Positions 25,096-35,037 are shown, numbered from the stretch's first letter. The stretch: DNA of 50,815 nt from a virus (IMGVR_UViG_3300033072_001087:1-50815); one strand, 5' to 3'. Numbers and translations are program-made. The notes: generated by a model from the letters alone, not told the origin.

Positions 25096-25434
25096 ATGGA
25101 CATGCAACAAGAATATGAATCAAACGCCGAACGACTCAATGACATTCGCTCACATAATCCGCAAAGCTATCATTTGAACAGTGAATATAAGGCGCTGGTT
25201 GGGCGGCAGCGGGAACTTGAAGTGGCGCTTTATCCGAGCGGCGAAGATGAAACAAATGCCGTTAATCCGGCACCTACTGGCGAATGGGAGTATAAGACCG
25301 AACGCCTTCAGCCTGAGGATGATGATTTTGAACTATGGCTCAATATTCGTGGTGGCGACAGATGGGAACTAGTCACAATCCATGATGGTCGTTACGATTG
25401 GATTGGCGTCTTCAAACGCCCAAGACTAGCGTAG
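25096..25434 (+). CDS. protein with C-terminal DUF4177-like domain
   Basis: WEYKT...LN..G...WELVTI...FKRP. Confidence 0.65.
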   Translation: MDMQQEYESNAERLNDIRSHNPQSYHLNSEYKALVGRQRELEVALYPSGEDETNAVNPAPTGEWEYKTERLQPEDDDFELWLNIRGGDRWELVTIHDGRYDWIGVFKRPRLA

Positions 25435-25457
25435 GCACATAGAACGCGGATTATCAC

Positions 25458-25745
25458 ATGGTACTCAAACTCCTCACACACTACGACATCATCGAGGCGG
25501 ACGATAGCGTAAACAGGCTTGTAACGTCTCATGTGAGCTTCGGCAGGCAAACTTGGAAATTGTGCAACCTCAAAACACGGCGCGGGCAAGAGTGCGCGAT
25601 CTGTCAACAAAGCGTCGGGAAGCGCGCGTATAGACCGCTTACAGGCACTTGGAATCGCGGAATACGCATTTGTAGGGGGTTGTGTAGCGCAAGCGTCTAT
25701 AAACGCGAAATAGACCCTTTAGCGTTCGTTATTCGGGGCATTTAG
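25458..25745 (+). CDS. hypothetical protein with CxxC motifs
   Basis: ECAICQQ...ICRGLC. Confidence 0.5.
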   Translation: MVLKLLTHYDIIEADDSVNRLVTSHVSFGRQTWKLCNLKTRRGQECAICQQSVGKRAYRPLTGTWNRGIRICRGLCSASVYKREIDPLAFVIRGI

Positions 25746-25777
25746 AAAAGCAGTATGGAGTCTTCCATACTGCTTTT
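25746..25777. terminator. bidirectional terminator at the convergence point
   Basis: aaaagcagtatgga-gtct-tccatactgctttt. Confidence 0.8.
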
Positions 25778-25783
25778 ATTTTG

Positions 25784-26395
25784 TCAGGCGTTGGATTGCT
25801 GGAGCGCTTCCCAGCCAGCGCGGGTGAGGACGACATTGTTGAGACTCAGCAAGACGAGTCCGCGATCGCGCATCGATGCTAGTACATCGCTAGAACAGTT
25901 GACTTCGCCATAGCGTAGTTTGCCGCCGCCTTCGACCAGCGCGGTGAGCAGAATGTGTTCGGGGGATTGCTGCACAGATGGGATTACCGGAGTCTCGCTG
26001 TCGCTGCCTTTGATGAGATTGAGTGACTTGCGCTCCCCCAGCTTAACGACCAATTCCAGTATTTCGCTTTCCGCGCCGTTGCCGCAAACTGTTAGCATCT
26101 CGAAGATGTACCACAGTGCGTCGCGGACTTCGGCGATCACGGCGCGTTTTGTGACCTCAAAATCCGTGTAGCGTTCATCGCCGCGCAGCCATTTCTTGAA
26201 GATGTTTTCCGCTTCGCCGATCTCGCCGGCCGCGCCGGTGAGCGTATAAAGCAGCCGAAACTTGTCCATATACGCTTCCGCTGGCAGCGCGTTGGCCATT
26301 TCCTCTGTCAGTCCAAGCGCTTGTAGAAATGACTTGGCTCCGCCTTCATATTCCGCAGTCGAGTGTAAAATCGCTGCGGCTTGTCCGATCTCCAT
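25784..26395 (-). CDS. MazG-like nucleotide pyrophosphohydrolase
   Basis: GAAGEIGEAENIFKK...IAEVRDALWY; TAATG coupling at 26395. Confidence 0.7.
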   Translation of the reverse strand: MEIGQAAAILHSTAEYEGGAKSFLQALGLTEEMANALPAEAYMDKFRLLYTLTGAAGEIGEAENIFKKWLRGDERYTDFEVTKRAVIAEVRDALWYIFEMLTVCGNGAESEILELVVKLGERKSLNLIKGSDSETPVIPSVQQSPEHILLTALVEGGGKLRYGEVNCSSDVLASMRDRGLVLLSLNNVVLTRAGWEALQQSNA

Positions 26396-26805
26396 TAGAA
26401 CAACTTCTCCTGTCTGGTTTCCGTTTTTGTTGCATATTGCATGACGAGTCGTTGAATGACATCGCCGTGACACAGCACGTCTACGCCTTCGCCTTGTGTT
26501 CCTTTGCACCAGCAAACCAATTTAATCTGCTCCCCGTTATCGACTCGCCGCCGTAGATCTGCGATGGCACTCATGACTGGCGCACTGTCTTTTGCGTAAA
26601 TTTCGTAGCGATTCAGCACAAGACGGCGCGACTCTGTCGTGTCGTTTTTGGGATCCAGTTTATATGGGTTGTGTAAGATGCTGTTGGGAAGATTGAAACG
26701 CGCCATGTAGCGCCCGATATAGACACAGCCCGGATCGGCAAACATGCGCGTCTGTCGATTCCATTGGCTGTCGCGAAAATGAATAACGGTGATTGTGCCT
26801 TTCAT
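26395..26805 (-). CDS. DUF4326-domain protein
   Basis: VYIGR...SILHNPY...LVCWCK...CHGDVI. Confidence 0.8.
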   Translation of the reverse strand: MKGTITVIHFRDSQWNRQTRMFADPGCVYIGRYMARFNLPNSILHNPYKLDPKNDTTESRRLVLNRYEIYAKDSAPVMSAIADLRRRVDNGEQIKLVCWCKGTQGEGVDVLCHGDVIQRLVMQYATKTETRQEKLF

Positions 26806-26806
26806 G

Positions 26807-27220
26807 TCAGCTCCATGTGGTTGCGAAGTTCTTGCCAAATACGGTTACGCACCAATGCAGGCATTTCAGCCACTCATCATACATTGGGCGGTAATGATCG
26901 AGATCTTCAGTCTTAAGTTTGTACTTGGGATCGCGCAGGCTGACATCCCAAATCTTGGCGAAATCCTCAAGCGTTTTGTGTTTCAGCATCACAACACAGC
27001 GCGTGTGCAGCCAGCTGATGATGCTGTCTTTCGTAACCGTCATTTCTTCGTTCGGGAGTCTTCCAGTGGTAAAAACAAGCGAGCGCCCGCGATACTTGGT
27101 TGTAATGACATAAGACTCATCGTGCGTCTCGATGGAAATGTCGAGCAGTTCTGATTGAGATAACATTTGCCGAACGCGCATCAGATCTTCGGGGCAAGTG
27201 ATGGGGCGATCAACGATCAT
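26807..27220 (-). CDS. hypothetical protein
   Basis: ORF. Confidence 0.6.
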   Translation of the reverse strand: MIVDRPITCPEDLMRVRQMLSQSELLDISIETHDESYVITTKYRGRSLVFTTGRLPNEEMTVTKDSIISWLHTRCVVMLKHKTLEDFAKIWDVSLRDPKYKLKTEDLDHYRPMYDEWLKCLHWCVTVFGKNFATTWS

Positions 27221-27501
27221 AGATTAGGCCCGGGTCTGATCTCTGTGCGCCGAACTTTGATGAATCGATCGAGCGTGTCCCGATGAAAATAGAGCGCGGC
27301 AGGTTTTTTGCCGCTGATCTTGGTCTGATCACCTATATCTGGCAGCAACCATTTCGTCGTGTAAATGTGATAGGTCAGCCCGGTTACTGTCTTGTAGCCG
27401 CAATACCGCGCAGCCTCCTTTGTGTTGAACCACATCTTTGTGGCGGGAAACTGGTCAACCCCCGTTGAAATATCACGCGGGCCGTCTTTCTTTAATCGCA
27501 T
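27217..27501 (-). CDS. excisionase/MerR-like helix-turn-helix protein
   Basis: WFNTKEAARYCG...YFHRDTLDRFI. Confidence 0.7.
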   Translation of the reverse strand: MRLKKDGPRDISTGVDQFPATKMWFNTKEAARYCGYKTVTGLTYHIYTTKWLLPDIGDQTKISGKKPAALYFHRDTLDRFIKVRRTEIRPGPNL

Positions 27502-27642
27502 TCTTCTCTTGCCTTTGCCGTACTCTTACGCCTGTATTTTAGCACGACTTGATACAAAACGTTATATCCAGTTGCGCCGTCTCTTTAAACGCTCACAAAT
27601 CGCTTTAAGTATCGCTTTGGGTAGGGGCATAGCGTATTGTTT

Positions 27643-27678
27643 AGAAAACCGCGCTATGACGCTTGTACGCGGTTTTCT
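27643..27678. terminator. hairpin/terminator
   Basis: agaaaaccgcg...cgcggttttct, downstream of 27698..28222. Confidence 0.45.
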
Positions 27679-27697
27679 GAGGGAGAGATTTTGGGGG

Positions 27698-28222
27698 TTA
27701 ACGATAGAGAGTCCCCGACCTTTTGAGGAGGCGCATTTCATCGCGGCTGAGTCGGTAATACGGAATTGTAACGCCGGTGGCGATCGCGACGTACAAGCGG
27801 TGGTTGCCATCGATAATCAAATCGCCGTGTCCCCAGCGCCCGATGAGCAGCGGGATCGATGTGTCAAAAGAGTCATAGCCAAGTCGGTTGATCTTTTCGA
27901 CATCGACTTTCCCGCCGCTGCGGTAAAACGTATTGAGCATGTCATCGTATGATTTGAAGCCGTACAGAGTACGGCTCGCGCTGATGATCGACCACGCCAG
28001 ATCGATGTCGAGAATGGTTTCTTTTGGCGACTCGCGTTGCGCGATGCAAAAGATTTCTCCAGCATTCTTGATGCCGAACGCCGGAGTCTCGCCGCGTCGC
28101 GCGCTTACCTTTGTCGATGGCACGCGGATGCGCGATCCCTCCTCCATGTAGACGGTGGAAAGGCGGTAATCTTGATAGAACAGCCAGCCATTCCCGTAGC
28201 CAGAGACTTCAACGAACATCAA
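27698..28222 (-). CDS. ParB/sulfiredoxin-like domain protein
   Basis: PLLIG...LIIDGNHRLYVAIATG. Confidence 0.6.
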   Translation of the reverse strand: MMFVEVSGYGNGWLFYQDYRLSTVYMEEGSRIRVPSTKVSARRGETPAFGIKNAGEIFCIAQRESPKETILDIDLAWSIISASRTLYGFKSYDDMLNTFYRSGGKVDVEKINRLGYDSFDTSIPLLIGRWGHGDLIIDGNHRLYVAIATGVTIPYYRLSRDEMRLLKRSGTLYR

Positions 28223-28524
28223 TCCAGCTCCGTATAGGGCAAGAAGGGGAGATCTGGAAAGACTGCGCGGCGAATCTGTTCGACCAGCTCGTTCAAAGAT
28301 TCTGACGCATTCGGCGCGGTAACGTATTCTTTGAATTGACCAAGCGCGGCGCTAACCGTCAGCGTACAGGTGCGAATCTTGTTATCGATGGCGATATAGA
28401 CTTTATATCTGCGCCATGAAATACGTGCGAAATACAGCGTTCGTGGCGCACCATCTACCATCAATGTCGATTGCGGGGTTTTGATCGCCGAGTCTTGTCG
28501 CTCCCGCTTTGTTCGGCTGCTCAT
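28219..28524 (-). CDS. hypothetical protein
   Basis: ATGA-coupled start. Confidence 0.55.
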   Translation of the reverse strand: MSSRTKRERQDSAIKTPQSTLMVDGAPRTLYFARISWRRYKVYIAIDNKIRTCTLTVSAALGQFKEYVTAPNASESLNELVEQIRRAVFPDLPFLPYTELD

Positions 28525-28943
28525 CCGTGGATCCTTACTGCTTCGGTTTTTGACGTGATTGACAGCGTATACCGGGGGTAATCTCCCGGCCAGAACGACA
28601 GCGTGAATAGGAAGCCGTCGAGCAGGACGGGCGGGCGGTTCGGCATGTAGGCAACAGCAGTTTTGCACATTTCAATAACGCGATAACGCTTGGCGTCGAT
28701 GATGTCTTGCAGACGCCGCGACTTCGCCTTATACACAAACGACTGCCTCCTGTACATATCGAGATCGTCAAAACAACTGACATTCCCAATGAACTGCGGC
28801 TTCGCCTGAAAACTCTCTAGCGCGTCTTCTAGAAACGCGATCTGACGCGCGAGGCGGATGATTCGGCGCAGTTCAACTTCCATTGCCAACCACTGTTCAG
28901 CAGTCATGTCCTCAGCCGGAATTGGCTTGGTGCAGTTTACCAT
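28521..28943 (-). CDS. hypothetical protein
   Basis: ORF. Confidence 0.6.
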   Translation of the reverse strand: MVNCTKPIPAEDMTAEQWLAMEVELRRIIRLARQIAFLEDALESFQAKPQFIGNVSCFDDLDMYRRQSFVYKAKSRRLQDIIDAKRYRVIEMCKTAVAYMPNRPPVLLDGFLFTLSFWPGDYPRYTLSITSKTEAVRIHG

Positions 28944-29560
28944 CTTCTTCGCTCCTCGTGTGGATTATACAATCTCAACGCCGCGATGGTTTGCGTATGC
29001 GCAAAAAAGTCCAGCGCGAATACACGATCTCGATACACGGCGAAATTCGACAATTTCATATCTGGGCCGATCTTGTACGTATCGAGTCCCTGATACGCAA
29101 ATTCAGCTGCTTCCGCGATCGGCGTGTAGGGCAAATGAGTCGCAGATTGCCAAAACAGCAAGCGCCCGGTTTCGATTGTTTGATTATAAGGCATAACAGA
29201 CTTCGCCCAGAGCTTATCTGCTTCAACCAACGCACGGCGCAACGCTCGCCTACGCCGCAGCGTCAGATCGAAAGTCACGCGTTTGGCGATCGCCATATAG
29301 ACCGGTAGCTTCATGCGCTTGTACTCTCCGGTCATACTGTGGTTGCCTTCATAGAGCGCATACCCGACTTGCTCGTAATACGGGATGAGATCGTTATATT
29401 CCCACCACATCAGCTTGGCGAGTTCGACGGTGAACATCTGGATCCGCGACGGTTTATCCGTCGTGTAGACCAGTGACGTATTGCCGTTGCCGATGCGCAG
29501 CGCCTTGTCCGGCAGCTTAACGGTCATTTCTCTCAGTTTGTCTGGCGTCAATCGTCTCAT
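28937..29560 (-). CDS. hypothetical protein
   Basis: ORF. Confidence 0.6.
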   Translation of the reverse strand: MRRLTPDKLREMTVKLPDKALRIGNGNTSLVYTTDKPSRIQMFTVELAKLMWWEYNDLIPYYEQVGYALYEGNHSMTGEYKRMKLPVYMAIAKRVTFDLTLRRRRALRRALVEADKLWAKSVMPYNQTIETGRLLFWQSATHLPYTPIAEAAEFAYQGLDTYKIGPDMKLSNFAVYRDRVFALDFFAHTQTIAALRLYNPHEERRRW

Positions 29561-29853
29561 GACCTTGACCCGATCGCCAATTCCACCAACTTTTCTTCAC
29601 ACCACGCGCGCGCTGCAGCTGCGTGATCCGCCCCAACGCCTAGAAATTCGTCGTCGCAGCTGTTCGCGCTTGGCGTAACAGCGCTTTCGTCGTAGGCGAG
29701 AAACCGCTTTGCGGCGATCTGCGTGAGTTTCGGTAAGCGGCGCATAATGACCGCTTCGGTAAACGACTCAAATTCTCTCAGCACGGCGTATGGCTGGCGC
29801 GGATTTATCTCGCGCGTTCTCTGGACTCCAAGACCGTCATTACACCACATCAT
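29557..29853 (-). CDS. hypothetical protein
   Basis: GAGG SD before MMWCND. Confidence 0.5.
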   Translation of the reverse strand: MMWCNDGLGVQRTREINPRQPYAVLREFESFTEAVIMRRLPKLTQIAAKRFLAYDESAVTPSANSCDDEFLGVGADHAAAARAWCEEKLVELAIGSRS

Positions 29854-30742
29854 TTTCCTCGCTTTCGTTGGTTCCCATAATGTAATCCACCGCTTTTTGT
29901 GCAGCGGATGCCGCCGAAACAATCAGCTTTGGATCGGCGCGCAGTTTATCCGCCCAATTGGCGACGTAGGCGGTGTTGTTGTCCAATGTCGCTTGGTGGA
30001 CGATACCACAGCGCGCGAGCAGCATCGCCGCGCCGATACCTGCGATCAGCTCTTCTTTGCCGTAACTCTCCAGAGACGATGTGTTGGCGAATGGCGCGTT
30101 GACCATGTTGACGATCTGTTCGCGCGCTAGCCGCTTAGGGTGTCCGGTGGCATGGATTGTTTCGTGAAAGCGCGTCTCATAGTGCGCAGCAATCGACTCG
30201 AACATCGCTTTATCCGGCAGCACGATCTTGTCGTTGGACGGCTCATAGAACGCCGCGCTTTGCGTGCGTTCGTAATAGAGCGGCGGATCGGGCATGTCCC
30301 GCAGCACAATTTCGGCAAGTTCAATGGGCTTGAAATACAGATGTTTTGTTTCTGGAATGTATTTGGGGTCAATGCCAACCGCCTCTTCGACATTCCAGAT
30401 CACCGTATATTGCGCCTTCGTGCTGACCGGCACGCGGGTTCCGTTGTCGTCCTCGCGCGTGATGGTAAAAACGCGCAGCGCCGGAATGCCCTTGCCGCTG
30501 GCGCTGGATGGAATATACCCGCCCAATTCCTTTGCTTTCGCAGCGCTTACCCACCACTGCGATTTGTACTCCGCGCCGAACATCACGCACATCATGTAGT
30601 TGACGCCTGAGTAGGTACGTCCCGTCATCATCGACTTGGGCGCGAGGTCGGTCCACGGCGTGCGCCACGGCACGACGCCTTTTTCCAGCGCGGACAAAAA
30701 GTGATCGGTTACGCGCTTATAAACCGCCAGCCCGTCTTTCAC
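29840..30742 (-). CDS. ardC: ArdC-like ssDNA-binding/zincin antirestriction protein
   Basis: LEKGVVPWRTPW, TGRTYSGVN, AFYEPSNDKIVLP, HETIHATGH, YGKEELIA. Confidence 0.88.
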   Translation of the reverse strand: MKDGLAVYKRVTDHFLSALEKGVVPWRTPWTDLAPKSMMTGRTYSGVNYMMCVMFGAEYKSQWWVSAAKAKELGGYIPSSASGKGIPALRVFTITREDDNGTRVPVSTKAQYTVIWNVEEAVGIDPKYIPETKHLYFKPIELAEIVLRDMPDPPLYYERTQSAAFYEPSNDKIVLPDKAMFESIAAHYETRFHETIHATGHPKRLAREQIVNMVNAPFANTSSLESYGKEELIAGIGAAMLLARCGIVHQATLDNNTAYVANWADKLRADPKLIVSAASAAQKAVDYIMGTNESEENDVV

Positions 30743-31476
30743 GGCACGCCCCCTTCATAGCAAATTGCCGTCAGGAAATCCAGAATGGGTGACGTATCCG
30801 CGCCGATCCGGTTGGCAGCCTCGATCACGAGCATTTCGTGATAGGGCGAACCAAGCTGCGCTAGCGCCGAATCGCTGAGAAGGTTGCCCCAGCGATGAGA
30901 GTCGTGATCGCCAAACTGTTCAATTGCCGCGCGATATAGCAACAGCCTATATCGCGCGTTGTACAGCACTAGCGCGCGCCGGTGAAGTTCATCGTTTTTG
31001 TCGCTGCGCGCCGCACGGTAAAATTCCCCACTTAACCAGCATTGATTGTTCTCGTCGTCATGTCCCATCAAGTAGCGGCGCAAGGCGGTGAGTCCGCCGT
31101 CGAAAAACTCATCGATGTTTTCGCGACACTCGGACGCGAGGCAGCGATATTCCAGCGTATACTTGACGCGCAGCATATACTCCATTTCGGCGCACGCGCT
31201 TGACAGACGGTTATCGTGAATGATGTCCAGAGTTCCCCCTACGACGCTTTTGAGTGATCCGCCGTTGCTCACCAGTGCAGTCATTACGCGCACAAGATCG
31301 TTGTATTGATCGTCACTGGTCGTGGTAGTGGACCACGCCGGTGTAATCTCGTCCGCTTCGGTGAAGATGCAATAGTATCCATCGACCAATGCGCCATACG
31401 GGTGCAGGGATTGTTTGCGCAGTTCGTAGAACTTGCTGCGCATCGACCAAACTTTACCGGGCATTTTGAATATCAT
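30739..31476 (-). CDS. hypothetical protein
   Basis: ORF. Confidence 0.65.
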   Translation of the reverse strand: MIFKMPGKVWSMRSKFYELRKQSLHPYGALVDGYYCIFTEADEITPAWSTTTTSDDQYNDLVRVMTALVSNGGSLKSVVGGTLDIIHDNRLSSACAEMEYMLRVKYTLEYRCLASECRENIDEFFDGGLTALRRYLMGHDDENNQCWLSGEFYRAARSDKNDELHRRALVLYNARYRLLLYRAAIEQFGDHDSHRWGNLLSDSALAQLGSPYHEMLVIEAANRIGADTSPILDFLTAICYEGGVP

Positions 31477-31485
31477 GGTTTCTCC

Positions 31486-32088
31486 TTAGATCAGAAGGTC
31501 TACGATTAACGGATGCGAATTAGCGACAACGACTCCACTAGCGCAAATGCCATTGCGCGTCATGCGCAGTGTTACCACCGGACGGATTCCATCAAAAACA
31601 CGGTGTCGCTCGATCCACGAAGGATCGGCGGTATACGAACGATAACAATCCCGCGCCGTCCATTTACGCGAGACCCACACATAATCGGTGTAGTTGTGAT
31701 CATCGAAAAGCGATGGATAGTGCTTATCTGGCACAGACGCGGACTCGAAATATTTACGCACCAGAGCGTCTTGGTGAGAGTGATGCAGCGGGGTGTAACC
31801 GAGCCAGTGCGGATAAATCACGGCGTTCGGATCGGCGATCTGGTACAGCGGCATTTCATTGTTATAGCCGCGTCTAATCCATTCGGCAATCGCTGCGTTG
31901 GTATAGACTTTTAGCGCGTCGATATAATTTCTCCACATCAAGACCGCCGGGCTATGCCGCCACGCTTTTGTTTTGTTTTCAAGAATATTGATTATCTGCC
32001 GTGCCTCTTTTCGCTGGCAGCCCAAACGACCTCTGTCAAGCACACGCATCGATTGCCAGAAGTCGGGATAGGGAAGAAACGTTTGCAC
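31486..32088 (-). CDS. pyrimidine-dimer DNA glycosylase family protein (DenV/MSMEG_6728-like)
   Basis: MQTFLPYPDF...LDRGRLGCQRKEARQI...HSPAVLMWRNY...PHWLG...HHSHQ. Confidence 0.82.
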   Translation of the reverse strand: MQTFLPYPDFWQSMRVLDRGRLGCQRKEARQIINILENKTKAWRHSPAVLMWRNYIDALKVYTNAAIAEWIRRGYNNEMPLYQIADPNAVIYPHWLGYTPLHHSHQDALVRKYFESASVPDKHYPSLFDDHNYTDYVWVSRKWTARDCYRSYTADPSWIERHRVFDGIRPVVTLRMTRNGICASGVVVANSHPLIVDLLI

Positions 32089-32090
32089 AA

Positions 32091-32303
32091 TTAACCTCCT
32101 TGCGAAAACAAAGCGATCTGCCGTAAATAACCCTCTTCGAAACCGCGCGCATAGTCTGTAGCCTGCGCGGGCGTAATATCTTGTCCGTTCAAATCCGACA
32201 TATATTTTGCGCCAGAAATCAGCGCGGATTGATAGGGGCGATTGATATGCCGTGCGTAAACCGCCCCTAATTTCAAGCCAAAAATGTAGAACGAGTCGCG
32301 CAT
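32091..32303 (-). CDS. hypothetical protein
   Basis: GGAGG SD before the ATG at 32303. Confidence 0.6.
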   Translation of the reverse strand: MRDSFYIFGLKLGAVYARHINRPYQSALISGAKYMSDLNGQDITPAQATDYARGFEEGYLRQIALFSQGG

Positions 32304-32327
32304 TGCTACCTCCTGTGTCAGCTTTTT

Positions 32328-32356
32328 ATTATACCACATGACACAAGATTTAGCAA
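32328..32356 (-). promoter_or_regulatory. sigma70-type promoter
   Basis: TTGCTA-17-TATAAT with TG extension. Confidence 0.7.
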
Positions 32357-32370
32357 AACTGACTTCGCCG

Positions 32371-32565
32371 TTAGTGCTTGCGCAGTGACTTGACGATGAA
32401 CGCTGCGCAAGCGATCAGGATGCAGCCGCCGATGAGCAGCGAAGGGATCTCACCGATCTTCCCGGCGATGATTCGGTAGCCGTAGACGATGGCGAGTACG
32501 AAGACGAAGTACAAGAATGCAATCGAGACGATAAAGGATAGGCTGTCGAACGGATTCTTGTTCAT
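32371..32565 (-). CDS. small membrane protein
   Basis: Two hydrophobic segments; SD. Confidence 0.6.
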   Translation of the reverse strand: MNKNPFDSLSFIVSIAFLYFVFVLAIVYGYRIIAGKIGEIPSLLIGGCILIACAAFIVKSLRKH

Positions 32566-32737
32566 CGTCGGCTCCTACGCCAAAACGCTCTTGCGGTAGA
32601 GAGCATGGCTGATACCATTAGCCATGCGATTAACACAAGCGCCTCGAAGTCGCTGATCGATTTAATCAACGTGTTGTATGTGAAATAGATCGACAACACG
32701 AGTGATACTTGTATCGCGAGTCCGAACAGATAGCTTT

Positions 32738-32926
32738 TCATCGCTGTTCATCCCAAGCGCCGGACGCACGCGCAAGAACAATCAATGTGGCGATGACATA
32801 CAGAATCGCGGCAGCGATCGACAACGGTGTGCCGATCATGAGTGCGACAATCGCCGCCGCCGGACCAATACCGGTGGCAAGCAGAATCGCAAGCAAATTG
32901 GTGAACAGGTTGTAAAGACGGGACAT
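32738..32926 (-). CDS. small membrane protein
   Basis: Hydrophobic; start MSRLY. Confidence 0.55.
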   Translation of the reverse strand: MSRLYNLFTNLLAILLATGIGPAAAIVALMIGTPLSIAAAILYVIATLIVLARASGAWDEQR

Positions 32927-32930
32927 GCTG

Positions 32931-33398
32931 TTACTCTTCCCCGAATAGATCGGTAATCTCAGGATGGTCTTCCAGTTCGCTGATTGCGCCGTCCTCATCG
33001 GCGAGTTCGGCGATAAACTCGTAAGCGCGGTGTTCGGCGGTGCGCTTTGGCTCGTCCCACGACTCGATTTCCCGACGACGGGCGATGACCGCCTGAATCG
33101 CCCGTGCGTTGTTATAGGGCGGCTTGCTCTCGCCCCACGACTGCGAATCGGCGTAGAAACCGAAATCGCGCTTGATGCGCCCGCTGCGCTCGTGTTCGCC
33201 TAGTCCGTAGAAGGTCACGTAGTCACTTGTGCCTTTGATTTTGACGGTCAGGAACAAAAACTCGCCGTAACTGTTGGGGCTGACATCTGGTTCACCGCGC
33301 ACTTCGCCGCCAGCGATGATTTCGCGCATCCGTTTTTCACTAATACGCTCATAGAGCAGTTCATTTTCGGTGAACTGCGCGCGCCACGCGTTACTCAT
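32931..33398 (-). CDS. hypothetical protein
   Basis: GGGGAG SD before MSNAW. Confidence 0.65.
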   Translation of the reverse strand: MSNAWRAQFTENELLYERISEKRMREIIAGGEVRGEPDVSPNSYGEFLFLTVKIKGTSDYVTFYGLGEHERSGRIKRDFGFYADSQSWGESKPPYNNARAIQAVIARRREIESWDEPKRTAEHRAYEFIAELADEDGAISELEDHPEITDLFGEE

Positions 33399-33891
33399 GT
33401 TGTTCTCCCCTATAGTTGATAACATAAACGCACGAAAACCACTCGTCTTCGCCTTCGGCGACGGTGAAGCCGATCCGCTTGCCGCGCGCCAGCGCGTGAA
33501 GCGCCGCGAAAACCTGCGCGCGTTCAAAGTCAAAGCGGCGGCTGATATTGGCGATCAACGACTCGCTGACCACCGGCTCGGCTGCAGATTCTTTGACGTA
33601 ACCAAAGATAGCCATGATCGCGCCGTCCATCAGCACGTCAACGCCAAAATCAGCGTAACCGTCTTCGCTCATCCGCAGAATCCGCTGCGCGTTCAGCCCG
33701 ATCGGCGGACGCAGGTGCAGCGTGATGACGCTTTCGATGTTCGTCACCTGACGCATCTGCCCCATTGGAGTAGTTGCCCAGTCCGTGAGCGGCATTACCA
33801 TCGCCCAATCGCCGCCAGCGAATTTGACTTCGCCCCACGCGTTGCCCAGCCCGATGCGTACAAGATCGCCGGGTTGATAGATACTTGTCAT
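33391..33891 (-). CDS. hypothetical protein
   Basis: ORF. Confidence 0.6.
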   Translation of the reverse strand: MTSIYQPGDLVRIGLGNAWGEVKFAGGDWAMVMPLTDWATTPMGQMRQVTNIESVITLHLRPPIGLNAQRILRMSEDGYADFGVDVLMDGAIMAIFGYVKESAAEPVVSESLIANISRRFDFERAQVFAALHALARGKRIGFTVAEGEDEWFSCVYVINYRGEQHE

Positions 33892-34166
33892 ATGCGCACC
33901 AATCTTCCTCTACGCCAGACGGCTTTGCCAGTGCGGGTGAGAATTTCGATGTCCTCGCCCACATCGAAAAACCGCCGTTCTAGTTCTTGGCGCGTTCGTC
34001 CGCGACTACCCAGCCACTCGTAGACCGCTTCCGAACGCGAGTCACTAACAATGGTCATAAACATCACTTTGGCGAGGACTCGTGAGTACCCCGCCGCCGC
34101 GATCCGTTCCAGTGCGTTTTCAGGAGTCCGATCCGTCCGCTGAAGAACGGCGTTCGAGATGGACAT
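33888..34166 (-). CDS. hypothetical protein
   Basis: Coupled ORF. Confidence 0.6.
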   Translation of the reverse strand: MSISNAVLQRTDRTPENALERIAAAGYSRVLAKVMFMTIVSDSRSEAVYEWLGSRGRTRQELERRFFDVGEDIEILTRTGKAVWRRGRLVRI

Positions 34167-35026
34167 CAGGCTAACTCGATCAACTCAAGGTAATCGGTAC
34201 GGATCTTCCCGTTTGTGCTATATGGCACCACCACGCCCATGAGCCGGTCATAGGGGATGCGGCACTTCCAGATGCCTTCGTGACCAGAGTCGTCATAATT
34301 GTTTTTAACCCAGTCGAGGGTCGCGGCATTCACGCCGCACCCGCATTCGATGGTGCGGTCCGTGCAGACATGCTCGCGTAGGATCGCGCCAGCTCTGATC
34401 TCCCACGTTTTCGGCGGCGCGTTATACATGCCGATCTGCTTGTAGCAGATTAAGCCCTTGTCATCGAACTCGAACATGCCGCGTAATAAGTCGTAGGCGG
34501 ATGACAGCCCGATCGCTTGGCTCAGGTCAGCGCCAAACAAATCAGCATTGGCTAGATAGGTATCGGTCAGGTTGGCGCTGGTGAATTTGCAGGTTGTAAG
34601 AGACGCGCTCCCAAGATCGGCGTTCGTTAGATCGGTGTGGCTAAATTCGCAGTTGACAAACCGAGCGCCGCTCATATCTACGCCGATCATCGAACAGTCA
34701 TTGAACCCACTGGATTCCCCGCTTGCGTTGCGGAACTTTGCCCCGTTAAGCGTTCCCGTGAAGCCGCATGAGAGAAATTTCGCGCTGCCAAAGTTCGTTT
34801 CTAGGAAGCTCCCCGTCAAATTAACGCCGCTGAAGGTGGAGCCGTAGAAAGATACACGGTCAAAATTAACCGTTCGCTCCGGCAAAAACGCCCCGACGAT
34901 TTCCGCGCCGGAAAAGTCCGAGCAGCCTTCTTTGTGAGCTTCGATTACGTCGCCGATTGTGATTCGCCACTCGCGGTTTTGGTCGCGGGCGGCTGAACGC
35001 TGGTCGTAGAACTTGTCAATATTCAT
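34166..35026 (-). CDS. pentapeptide-repeat protein with a C-terminal globular domain
   Basis: Runs such as TDLTNADLGSASLTTCKFTSANLTDTYLANADLFGADLS. Confidence 0.85.
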   Translation of the reverse strand: MNIDKFYDQRSAARDQNREWRITIGDVIEAHKEGCSDFSGAEIVGAFLPERTVNFDRVSFYGSTFSGVNLTGSFLETNFGSAKFLSCGFTGTLNGAKFRNASGESSGFNDCSMIGVDMSGARFVNCEFSHTDLTNADLGSASLTTCKFTSANLTDTYLANADLFGADLSQAIGLSSAYDLLRGMFEFDDKGLICYKQIGMYNAPPKTWEIRAGAILREHVCTDRTIECGCGVNAATLDWVKNNYDDSGHEGIWKCRIPYDRLMGVVVPYSTNGKIRTDYLELIELA

Positions 35027-35037
35027 GCTGTTTCTCC

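Noticed and set aside
27217-27501. Excisionase implying an integrative element boundary
   Set aside because: No integrase or att pair is visible in the window, so it is called only a helix-turn-helix protein.
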